A DNA stretch of 64,000 bases from Guillardia theta CCMP2712 (lineage: Eukaryota; Protista; Cryptophyta). The notes beneath the pieces are model-generated. The model saw only the letters and a program-made list of their open reading frames with translations. It searched no databases and was not told where the DNA came from. Location: assembly GCF_000315625.1 (NCBI RefSeq), contig NW_005434626.1, forward strand, positions 494,712 to 558,711, written 5' to 3'. Made by a program: the position numbers and the translations under genes. Positions 10,723 through 22,432 of this stretch are shown piece after piece; position 1 is the first letter of the stretch; every line of letters begins with the position of its first letter.

Positions 10723-13067
10723 CTAGTCGGTGCCTCCGACTGACCGGCTCCGCTTGTACTCCGATGCTCGTCGTATGCATTCTTCCGCCAGGTCCTTGGA
10801 GAAGGATGAACTCCGAGGGAGTGGTGATGACGTTCCAGCCGTGCCTCCCTCGCCTTCTCCTCCTCCTCCTCCTCCTCCTCCTCCTCCTCCTCCTTCAGCG
10901 GCGGCGGCGGCGGCAGCAGCAGCAGCAAGGAGGAGCTCGGGAGTGACGATGTCAGCGCCCTGGCTCGACGTCTCCCACACTCTCACGACGTCGTCGATGG
11001 TGGGTCTTCTTCTCATCTTGGCGATGACATCTGTGAAGCTCAGGTACATCTCCTTGCTCCACCTCGTGCTGCCGTCCTTGGCGATCACTTCATGTCGCGT
11101 GCTGTATGTATCCATGACGATCGCCAGCAGCATGTTGAGGATCACTAGCGAGACGAGGCAGATGTATCCAGACACCCACGCAAAGCCCAACGCGACCGTC
11201 TGAGGGTCAAGACTCTTGAGCTCCTGCCAGGTGGTCATGTCGGAGACGAGCAGCTCGAAGCACGTCATGAAGGAGACGCCGACGGAGGAGAAGCCGGTCA
11301 CTTCATGCCCGAAGAGGAGGGTGCCGCTGCTGGCGAAGCAAAAGACGATGGTGAGGAAGACAAGGACGAAGTGGAAGATGTCGTTGGCGGCGGCAGCGAA
11401 AGTTTCCACGATGAGGGCGAGTCTTGGTTGTACTCGGATGACGTCGAGGAAGAGGAGGAGGAAGAGGAAGAGGTTGATAGAGCAGCAGATGCGATAGGAC
11501 GAGAGATCTTTGGTCACCTTGCTGATCCGGTCCTGCCATGCCACAAGCTCAGCGTCAGCAACACACACACAGAATCATGCTGGCTGCTCCTCCCCTGACC
11601 TGCTCTCACCCTTGCCTGCCCTGCCCCGCACGTCCTCCTTCTTACCTGCACCTCCACCTCGTGTAGCAGGAAGTCTTCGGCGATGTTTGCGATGATCCCG
11701 TACGTCTCCTTCATCATCATCAAGTGCCACCAGACCGTGAGGGAGATGGAGAAGCCAGCGGTCATGTAGGAGATGACCTCCCAGAAGGTCGGCAAGCGGC
11801 GGTACAGCACGTCAGGGACGGATGACAACGTGATGAGCGTGAAGATGAGCAGGCAGACGAGCCAACCGGCGTCGCTCAGGTAAGCAGGAGCAGGGCTCAG
11901 CTTGTAAGGGTCGAGCACGATGGAGGAGATGGAGAACTCGTTGTCGATGAAGCCTCCCCTCTCGATCTGCAGCGTCAGCACGGCCTCTGTGAAGACGCTC
12001 AGCTCTCCGTTGTACAAGCTGATGACAAGCTCCACAAAGTCTGTCTGTCTGTCGATCCAATGCCTCGCTTCCAGGTACCGCACGCGTTGTGCCAGCAGCC
12101 TTGACTCCATCGTGTCGTTGAGCCAGAACCTGTACACCCCTGGCTCCCCCTCCTCCTCCGTGAAGCCCTCGCCTGCCGTCTTGGCGTCGACCAGATCTAC
12201 TCCCTCTGCGAAGGGAGCAGCATCTACACACCCCACCCCCTCCTCGTGACGGGCCGGAACCTGGTCGTAGGGCGAGCACAGCGGGAGGCCGAAGGGCTCC
12301 ACGTCGGGCTTGCCGCCCTTGGGGTGACAGCTGGAGCCGTAGAAGCTGTCGAGCATGTGTACGGCGCACGACGTCGGTCTGGATCGTGTCTGCTGCATCC
12401 TGACGCTCCCTAGGATCCTGTTGTACCTGGCGATCTTCCCCCAGTCGGACTTGTCGAGCTTGTCGCCTGCCTCGTCCGTCTGGACGAAGGTGATGGGGAT
12501 GAAGACGTGCTCCATCCAGTCCCAGAACTCACTCACAGAGTGAACGTCTTGGAAGTGCGAGATCGAAAGATCCTTCCTCTCCGAGAACAGGTACAGGTGC
12601 TCGATCGATTTCTCCACTTCATCAACCCTCCCGACGTCGACATGGAGCATGACGGACGAGAAGAACGTCACGGCAAGTAGCACTATCAGCGGTAGCTTCA
12701 CGAAGCTGCTCCTCGTCCGCCTGATGTTGGAGATATACTCCATCAGCTCGTCGTGTCTGATCGCCAGCTGATCGCGAAGGTTCCGGTGGCGGGAGCTTGC
12801 TGCCGTCCGGGCGGTGTTGGGGACACTGCTGGTCGACTCGTATACTGGGATGGTGCATTCGTCGCTCCTGCCATGCTGACGTGTCTCGCTCTCTCCGGCT
12901 GGAAGACCGGTGGGCTCCGCAAGGTCGGAGATAGAGATCTCCTCCTCATACTGCAACGGATAGACTTTGTTGGAGTGCGCAGAGGGTCTGCGCGAGGCGG
13001 GGGTGGCATTGTTCTGTGCTTCCTCTGACGGTGCATGCGATACCATCCGCCTGTCAAACGCTGTCAA
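10723..13067 (-). CDS. Polycystin-2 (PKD2/TRPP)-like cation channel
   Basis: EFWDWM, NRILGSVRMQQTR..C, WIDRQT, LYNGEL, QPRLALIVET, LLFGHEV..FSS, LNMLLAIVMDTY. One intron near 11533-11655; exact start uncertain. Confidence 0.9.
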
Positions 13068-13524
13068 TCACATGGGGAGCAAGCAAGCATCTTGCAGTGA
13101 TCGTAATCTACCCTCTTCCTATCATTCTTCCGCTCATGGGGGTCGCTGGCGTCAGCATGCTCTCAGCGACATGATGGCATGCTGTCTGAGGGCTGGGAGG
13201 AGGATTGTATCAGCTACGTGCTCGACTGAAGGCTGTTTGCACGTCAGTCACTACCTCGCTCCTATCCTCCGCTTCCCTCCCCTCCTGTCCGGCCTCTGCC
13301 ATTATTACGCCGAATTCGGAAAAGTAAAAACATTATTACACAAGATAGGGGTGGGTGGGGTACTGCGGTGGTATGTATGACAAAATCTTTTAGGTACGGG
13401 GGTGGTATAACAGTCATTTTGGGGGGTGGAACCTAGAAGGGGTCCGTTGATCTTTCAAGGGCACTTTTAGCGACTCTGCTCATTTCTTTCTTTTTCAGTC
13501 AATGTAAGAGTGGTGCATGATCAC

Positions 13525-14400
13525 TACTCGAGGCCCGCCCGGTCCGAGTCCGGCCGCCGCCCGGCCGGCCGGCCGTCCGTCCGTCACATGCCGAGTCCGA
13601 CTCGGTAGGTGACGGTCCGGAAACTCAGTGACCCGGCTTCTCGAGGCTCCCGGTCCCGAGTCGGCGTCCGATCCGATCATCGGGCTCGGAGTCCTTCGGA
13701 ACGGTACGGGGGGGCTTGCCAACACAGTGCCACGGTGTACTCAGTACGGCATCGCCAACTTGCCACACGCGGCAAGATGAGAAGAAGACCCACCTTTGCA
13801 TCTATCGGAGCCACACCGTGTCCGTAGACTTCGCCGGAGCCAGGGCGCTGTGACCGTTTAGGCTTCCGATCGATGATCGTCACTCCCCGGAGCTCCGAGT
13901 TACCGTAGTTAGGCCGGGCTGCTGAACGCCCGGCCCCGGTCATCAGTCGCGGCACTGCGCGGGCGGAGACTCGTGACCCGGTAGCGCCGGGCGGCTGCTG
14001 CCGCCCGGGGCCCGCCGCCCGGCCCGGGGCCACGCCGGCCCGCCGGGCTGAGCCCCGTGGGCCGGCTCACCGTCACGGTGACGGTGGCACGGTCGTACTA
14101 CGGTAGTCACTGAGTGTCGGACCGTCGCCCGCGGCGGCCGGCCCGCCGCCGCCGAGGCCCGGGCCGCCGCACAGCGGCAAGTTTTACGTGACCGTAGTCC
14201 TAGCCAAGCCGCTACTATCATGATCGGATCATCGCGGCCCGGCCGCCGGTGTGTGACAGTGGGCCCGGCCCCATCAAACCAACCTGGCACAGTGCGGCAA
14301 ACTAGTTAACTGATTCACCGTGTGCCGGGCCCGTGGGCCGCACTGCATGACGGCCGCGGGCCCAGTCAGTCACTACCGTTTGCCCTAGTACCGGTAGAGC
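13525..14400. promoter_or_regulatory. CCGG/palindrome-rich intergenic island in divergent promoter region
   Basis: Very GC-rich, dense CCGG/GGCC/GTGAC/GAGTC words and short perfect palindromes; lies between divergent PKD2 and ankyrin genes; regulatory role inferred. Confidence 0.45.
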
Positions 14401-14472
14401 ATCAGGGGGAGGGGTAGGCTTGAGGCTGTTTGCTGTGACGAAAAGAGGGTGGGTCCGAGGGTGGGTGCGGGG

Positions 14473-17400
14473 ATGGGGGATAAACAAACGGGCGACATGC
14501 CGAGCTATGGCAGCGGCCGAGGGGGAGACGCGAGAGGGGCAGAGATGGAGGAGGAGGTGGAAGGGGAAGAGGAGTTGAAGGAGGAGGTGGCTTCGTCTGT
14601 CTCCTTCGTGTCGGAGGCCTCCGACAAGTTTGAAGAGCCTATCGAGGACGAAGGGGATAGAGAGAGTAGCGATGGATCAGTTGTGGACGTAACTGCTCTG
14701 AGAGAGCAGTACATGAGTCGCGTCATGGGAGCGGAAAGCTCAGAAGGTATCCAAGAACATGTCGATGAGGTAGAGGAAAACGAAGATGCAAGTCTGCATG
14801 GAGGAATTCCTGTATTTGAACGGGCAAAGGAAAAGGAACCGAGTATACAGGCTCAAGAGGATGGGAACTATGATGAGTATGAAGATGACTGGGATGGCGA
14901 TGAAACTGCTGAAGCAGCATCCTCCAAGATAGACGAGGGAGACATCATAGTGAAATCTGTTGACGATGAAGGGCATTCCTTCCTGCCTCGCAGCGCAAAC
15001 CGTGATACAGGGCACCACCTTGCAGACATCAAAGAGGACGAGGCGAGCTCGTCGAGAGCGACTTCAGCGAGTCGTGAGAGGAGTGACTATGAGGAGGATG
15101 CGGATGAGAGTGAAGCGCAAGCCGATGATCAAGCCGCTGTGATCGACGAGGACGAGATCCCTGAGATGGCCAAGAGATCGAGGAAGAAGCACAGGTTTAG
15201 CATTGTCTTGCATCATACCATGCAAGCCTCTGAGGCTCGCGAGATGTCTGGAGCACCCAAGACTGCATGGTGGAGAGGCGGAGCCTTCACCATGAAACAA
15301 GCAGCTTGTGTTGTCCAGCGAAACATCCGCTCCCACCAGGCCCGGCAAAAGTTTCACGACTTGTACACGGAACGGATTCAAATAAGAGACGCCAAATTCA
15401 GCAAAGAGCTGGTTCGGACGATGTTTGAAGCGTTCGAGAGGGGAGACCTGGAGCGAACGAAGATGATCGTCTTCCAAGACCCGAGGATCATCAACGTCGT
15501 GGGAGTTGACGCATGGCAGGGCGACACTCTCATACACCTTGCAGCTCGCAAGGGAGACGCCCCCATGCTTCGCTTCCTTCTACGACAGGAGGTCAAGGCA
15601 ATCTGCATGGCCAACAGCCTTGGGCGAGAACCTCTGCATGAAGCAGCCGCGCGGGGACATTTTGAGGTGATCAAGGCGCTGAGAGACGGACGTTTCTACA
15701 CGAGGAACGCGCGGGACGGCAAGTCGTGGACAGCCTTGCACCATGCGGCTCAGATTCAAGGGCAGCTGGGGGCAGACATCATTCACTTCCTGTGCCGCAT
15801 GATGAACTTCTCTGTGGACGACGAGGTGCTGCAGCGATGTGAGGAGAGGGGTGTTCGCAAGGGCGATACCGCCCTGATCATCGCTGCTAGATGTTGTAAC
15901 GACCAGGCGGTCCGATGGCTCCTGGAGTTCGGGGCTGGAATCCGTCACCTCAACTTGCCGGATAGAAACTCAGCACTCCATGAAGTGATTCTTGCCAGCA
16001 GACACCCTCAAGTGAACTACAAGAAACTGTTGCAAGTCGTCAAGACGATCATCTCTGCTGGAATCGATGTGGATGCGTACAATGCCGATCACATGACTCC
16101 CCTGCACTTGTCGTCTTCTGTTGGGTCTCATCGCCTATTGGCGTATCTTCTCTTGTACACCAAGGCCAACATACACGCCAAGACGAAGAAAGGCTACACC
16201 TCTCTGCACTTGGCCGTGGTAGAGGGGATGGAGAAGTGTGTGAATATCATTCAAAACACAAAACCAGAGGCCCTCGACGACTTGGACGACCAAGGGAATA
16301 CTGCTCTGCACCTGGTCTGCCTTGCCAAGAACCCCCAAGGAGTCTTAAAGGCTCTGCTGGGATTCCGAGGGATAGACGCTGAGGTGAAGAACAGACAAGG
16401 CCAGACAGCAGCAGAGATGGCGATCGCGATGGGGAAGGTGGAGATAGCGGCAGCAATCAACAAGTACGTGGTCGATGAACGATCTAGCGCTGCCAAAGAG
16501 CTGAATGAGCTCGAGCTGAAGCACAGATCCGCGTCCATTATCCAGAAGTTCTACAGAGAGAAGTCGAGCTCGCTCAAGTCGCTCAAGAGTTGTCGCAGCG
16601 ACGGGGAAAGTCCGAACAGCCGTCATGATCGATTGTCTGACGTCAGAAGGGTCAGAAATGAACCTCTCATCAAGGCGTTTGTCAAGAACTTCGTCGACAA
16701 AGAAGCTGTCGACACGGTAGATGATGCCACCGCACATGATGGGAGAGGCGAGGTCGATGAGGAGCGACAGAACCTGTCTCGAAAGTTCGTCGCCATGTTT
16801 GCCAACGACAAGATGTACAAGCACTTCACGCATTGCTCGGATCGGTCGTTCAAAGCTAACGAATCAGTGATGACCCATGAAGATATGCTGAAACTTCTGA
16901 GCTCGTGCGGGCTATTGGAAGACATCATACCTCGCTCTCGAGTTCACGACCTCTTCTACTCCTCGTCGGGATCTATCTTTCAGCAGGAGTCGAAGCTGGG
17001 ATTCCGAGAGTTTCAGAAGTTCATGCAGGAAGTCTCACTGGGGGCGGACAAGAGAGTGCTGGCGCATCACATTCACTTCATTCACGACGTCCTGGTTCAC
17101 AAGAGCCAGGAGGCGGTCTCCCTTGCCCCTCACGCAAGTTGGCCTAAGAGTCCCTTCTGGGTGGAGAAGTCTGAGTACCTGCCGACCGTGACCTCTCTGA
17201 CGGAGAAGAAACATCATCTGACTTCAAGTCGCTCCCACCTCTCGAGCTCTAAAGGCAGCAGAAGTCCCATGCTGTCTTCCCCGGTATCGAAACCCTCCTC
17301 GCCCAACCGTAGGGCCCTCCTCGACTCCTCTCGCGCATCTCCGACTCGAAGCAAGTCGAGGCTGCTGGAGGACGTGAGGGCGGCAGAGGCAAGCGACGAC

Positions 17401-18825
17401 GACATGGTGGACGGCGTGTTCAGGTCGCGATCGAGCACGTCGCTCTTGTACGCGAAGAAGAAGCCTGTGGAACACGCGAGGGCGTCTCGTCGTTTTTTCT
17501 GGGCTGCTCGAGGGTGTTCGCGGAGCTCGAGTGAGATGATCACAGGTAAGGTCATCCGAGGCATCGCCGACATCTCTCCTCTCCTCAAGCCCGTGTGGGT
17601 TGAACACACTCCCGCCATCGTTCCCATGCCCTACTTCTTCGACTCCCTCCATGAAGACGCCTACAAGAAAAGCTTCGAGCTGGGAGATTATATCGGATGC
17701 TTTGACGTGCTGGAGTCTAGCTTGAACCGAATCTCCTTCAAGGCCGAGCCTCGCCTTTACGAGCGCGTCTACTGTCAGGTCATCGCCTTCTGCATCCGCT
17801 ACGCCTCTCGCTGCATGAAGGCTCAGAACGCGCCCACAGCCGTCTACCTCCTCCAGAAAGCCGAGCACATGTCCCAGCAGGTGATGCCGGGACAGCTGTC
17901 CTCGAGCTGACGTTTGCATGCAGAAACTCTCTGAGCTCCATGGGATAGCTGGCTTGTACGCCTGGACCATGGACGCGCTCGCCCACTACTACTTCCTGCG
18001 CTCCAAGTTCAACGCAGCCTACAGGTCGGGAGTGAGGCATGTTGGCGTCGACTGACAGGAGAGAAGGTGCATGATGAAGGCCATGAGGTACATGAGCATG
18101 ATCAAAAGCGAAGAGAGCAAGGCTGCCTGGAAGTCGCACCTCTGCGTTATCCTCCTTGCCCTCAACAAGAACGTTGAGGCCGAGGAGTACATCAAGGATG
18201 CTATGAAAGGCTTCTTTCAAAGGTCATCCGCCGTGTACCGACCCTCTGAGCTAACGACCAGCGTCCAGGAACGACGAGGTTTTGACACAAGATGTCATTT
18301 TCGACCTTGTTCCCAAGGCTCAGCAGCACCTTGCGGCCGTTCTCTTCCTTGACCTGGCGATCTGTCAAGCGAAGCTGCTCAGATACGACGAGGCTCTCAA
18401 CACCTCACAGTTTGCTGTCTTGTTTGTGCAAGAGGTGAGGGAGGGCAACGTACTTCAAGCTCGCGTCCAGGTCCTCTGACACCTCTCCCCTCCAATGATC
18501 AGCTGACCTTGATGCAGAACCTTCGCGATGCGCTGGAGACGTACAAGCGAGTGAAGGAAGATCCGCCTGATGCCCAGCAGCTCATGGGGACTTCGCACGA
18601 CCAGGCACACGCTCAACAGTCCTTTCCTCATCTTGTATCCAATTAGTTTGCTGAGCCAGATGTTTGTACAGTAAAATTCTTTCACTCCGTAGAGCTCGGA
18701 AGTTGTTGGTGACTCGGATACTTGAAGCAGTCCTTGTGACGAGTTTCCGTCCATTCTTTCGCCTTCACATCGCCGATCACAGTAAGAATGAATGGACGTC
18801 GCCAGAGCAAGTAGAGGAGGACTGA
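14473..18825 (+). CDS. Large ankyrin-repeat protein with acidic N-terminus, IQ-like motifs and TPR-like C-terminus
   Basis: Long first exon with about 8-9 ankyrin repeats (GDTLIHLAA, GREPLHEAA, WTALHHAA, GDTALIIAA, MTPLHLSS, GYTSLHLAV, GNTALHLVC), VQRNIRSHQAR and IQKFYRE; further short exons to about 18825. Confidence 0.85.
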
Positions 18826-20206
18826 CTTCAGCAGGCTGGTGTCAGGAACCACCTTCAAGTCAAGGGCAGGAGTGACCTTCTAGACCTCCGATCATGGTCA
18901 ACCTCAAGTTTTACTCAACCTCTTTAAAAGTGTTTTTAGCTGGATTGCGTGTCATTTACCTTTATATGTATTGTACGAGTACAAGTATTTAGTTTTACTT
19001 GAACTATATAAACCTGACAGGAAAAAAATGTGTAGTACATCGAATCGTACCTAGATCCCATAGCTCTGCTTAATCCCCCGATTGTAAAAGTGATTTAATG
19101 TTTATAATATATATAGTGCAGGGTTCACTAGTACCTTCAAGGAGGGACCATGACACGTTCGCACCCCCTCTGCAAGTATGAGATGTTGAAATTCTCACTC
19201 GAAATTTTTGTGTTGTTTCGCCAAATTTACTCCAAGAATTATGTGGAGGACTCTAATCATTCAAGGATCAGCTGGAGAGTTCGGACGCAGCCTTATATTC
19301 CGTGAATGGGCCCCAAAGTCATTCCAAGCTGTAGTAAATTTGGTAGATGTGTAGACTCCGAAAGGGGTGGGGTGATACGCAGGATTTGACCTCGTTGGGT
19401 GGGGTAAACAGCGATTAATGAAGGGGTGGGGGTACTAAAAAATAACGTGCAGGTGGGTGGGCGAGAAATTTCAAGAAACAGCTCCGAGGGGGTGGGTGGT
19501 AGGTACAAGGTGCGGGGGTTATGGGATTCTGTCAATGTGCACCAGCGGCCTGTAGGGTGGTCAAGGAATATCTAACCGGTGGGTTCAAAGTCGTTACTTC
19601 CTGCCTCTGAAAAAGAGGGGTCCAATACTATTGAATGCGGGGTAGAGAAGTGAGTCAGCTGACAATCGGGGTAGGGTATGAAGAGGTGGGGTGCAGAGGG
19701 GTCAGAAGGAAACAACTGGGGTGGGGGTGGATGCGGGGATGATAAAACGAGGGGGTGGAATTGACGTAGGACACTGATGATGAAATGGTGGTGGGAAGCA
19801 ACGCAAACTGTGGCGATGCGAAGGAGGGAGGGGAGTGAGAGATGGGGGAGGAGGATGAGGGATAGGAGGAAGGAAAGTCAAACAGATCTAGATATGGTGA
19901 ATGCAGAACCAGACATTGACAGTAATTGTGCAGGAAGGAAAGAGGTAGAAATTTATGGATAGGATTAGCGCAAGGCGATCTGAGTTGGGGGATAGCAAAG
20001 AGAGAAAAAGGCAAAGGTAGTAGGAATCAAACATCATGATCTTGTGTCATCTTCATCTTCTATTTGTTCACGATTTTATCTCCTTATCGCGAATTTTGAG
20101 CATCGGAATGGTGGTGGATACAGATTCGGGCAATGAACCCAGCCACGAGTTTGCTTGTCATGGGCTAACCGAAGTTGCCACTTTGCAGACTTCTTGAAAC
20201 ACCAAC

Positions 20207-22256
20207 ATGCTTGTCGCTCCAAAATTAGCTTCTTCTTTTGCTGCAAAAGATGCAGCAGCAGAGCCAACGAACAGCTCAGACACTCCGAGGGACGGTGAGA
20301 TCAGGATGTATCGTCGCCAATCGACAGCTGAAGTAGGATGTCCCTTTGATCCCTTGAATTCTGTGTCAACCAAACTTCTGACTGAGAGCCAGGATCTGTT
20401 GAGGAAGCTAGATCGTCTCAATATTGAGCTCGAAGGAACGATGAACTCCATGGGCGCCACATTATCATTAGCGGAGAAGTAATTCAATCTCCTCTGTTGC
20501 CTTCTGCGAAAGAACCTTGCTGATTCTCTCCTAGCATCCGAAAGGATGCTGGAAACTTGATTGCATCCTGGTTTTCGAACCTTCATCCTTCGGAGGTTTG
20601 ACTACCCTTCGTTGTGTTGCGCAAGTTGACCGGCAAGCGTTTCTTGACAGTTATCCGAGAAGATCAACCAAACATTCGACAAGTTTGACTACAAGAAGAC
20701 AGGCGTTCTTGACAGGTGTTTAGTTGATCATTTCTTTGTTTGCTCATCACTCGTGTGACAGGGAAGAGTTTCACAACGCGTTCGCTTCCATGGGAAAGAG
20801 GCTCGCTAGCGGAGAGTTGGACGTCCTCATCACTGATTTTGACACAAGCGGTGACGGGACGATAGATCGGGTTTTCACTTGCTCATTTCATGTTTTCGAC
20901 CTCATACAAGATATGATCGCAGGAGGAATTTGAGCATATGATTCGGACAGAGCTGAAATCACATTGCAAACTTACATGCAAGTCTTGCAAGCTGTTGAGA
21001 AAACGATCCAGCAGCGCGGTAGATCATTTTGTTGTTTGGTGGAAAATAATGTTCCTTTCAGATGGATGCCATCTCTCAACGAGCTGCAGTCATTATCCAA
21101 AAACTCGTGAGAGGGATGCAAGCAAGGAAACTTATTTCATCTCGGAGAAAGGCGGCTTGTGTAATACAGAAGGTGTATCGCGGTCGAATCATCAGGAAGC
21201 AGGTCAAAACGATAAGATTTGCAAAAGCAGAGATTGAAAGAGCTGCAAAGAGCAAGCAGACAGTCATTTCAAGAGATCCGATCGCTTCAAGAGCAAAGAT
21301 GATAGCTTCCTCTGTCGAATTTCGAAGAACCGCAAGCTCCGGAGGAAATGAAGAAAGAAGTTCGAGAAGGATCAGCACTGGAAGAATGGAACAAAAATTT
21401 CTGCAATCTGATCGCAAAATCCCACAAGTCAACAAAGTCTTTCTGAGCCTCTCCGTGATTGAAAATGAAAAGCAAAATAGGACCAGACAGTTGCAAAGTA
21501 TGTCATTGTTTCGCAATAACAGTGATATCACCGATCAACTTGTGCACAACAATTCGTTCAACATGAGACGAGGGAGTGCTGTTTCCCAATCTCTGCAAGA
21601 GCCTGTCCACAGCTGGGCAAGAAGGAGATTATCTATCAACGATGCAGCGCATGCAAGTCAACAGACTGAGAAGGATGGTTTTGGAAGAACTCAATCAGTG
21701 GTAGAAGGCTTCGGAAGAACTCAATCAGTGGCAGAAGGCTTCGGAAGAACTCAATCAGTGGCAGAAGGCTTCGGAAGAACTCAATCAGTAGATGTTGGGA
21801 CAAACTACTATGCAAACGATGGGCATATGACGGACAGGTCATCAAATGCAAAAGATCCTGACGTGGCTTCATTGCAAAGGCGAGGAAACGTTGTCGTTCG
21901 AACTTTACTGATGAGACCTAAGACCGGTGAGAACACTTAGTACTCTCCTTGCTCCCTTCCTTACTTGAAAGTTTCCAGTCGATACCAATAAGTCCAATCA
22001 AGGCGAGTCCAACTTCTCTTCGTCGAGCAGGAAATTCAAGTCGTTGCTCAACAACGGCAAGGCAGCGCTGCCGAAGCGCAACTCCGAGGGGGCCAATCTG
22101 CCTCCCGTCTTGAACCGCATCAGTCAGGGCATCTCTTCGCTCAAGGCGAGGGTCGTCGCCAAAGTCAACGGAAAGCCGAAAGATCCCAACCATGGCCGCA
22201 GGCAATCAGCGCCTGAGGAGCCCATCACTTTCGGCAGGACAAGCTCTGCTCCTTAG
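20207..22256 (+). CDS. EF-hand pair + tandem IQ motif protein with RxxS-rich tail
   Basis: Spliced DKFDYKKTGVLDREEF and DFDTSGDGTIDREEF loops; IQKLVRGMQARK and IQKVYRGRIIRK. Confidence 0.8.
21676..21792 (+). repeat. 30-bp coding tandem repeat x4 (GFGRTQSVxE)
   Basis: GGAAGAACTCAATCAGT recurs with 30-bp period. Confidence 0.95.
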
Positions 22257-22432
22257 AGCATGTGAGAAGGAAGCAAGAGGCTTCTGCTGCCATAGTCTCT
22301 TCTTCTAGATCAGCTTCTATGGTCAATTGTTTCTTCTCCTCTCCCTTCGTCGGGCATCAACGCGTCTTCTCCGCTGCCTTCTTGGCACGCGTCTCCTTTA
22401 TCTGCCGTCTGTTCAGTTTCTCCAGCCGACCC

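Noticed and set aside
13495-14290. Pro/Gly/Arg-rich ORFs in the GC islands as genes, or the islands as MITEs
   Set aside because: Low-complexity translations; no shared terminal inverted repeats, target-site duplications or alignable copies
21676-21792. Regularly spaced 30-bp repeats as a CRISPR array
   Set aside because: No unique spacers, in-frame coding, eukaryotic context, no cas genes
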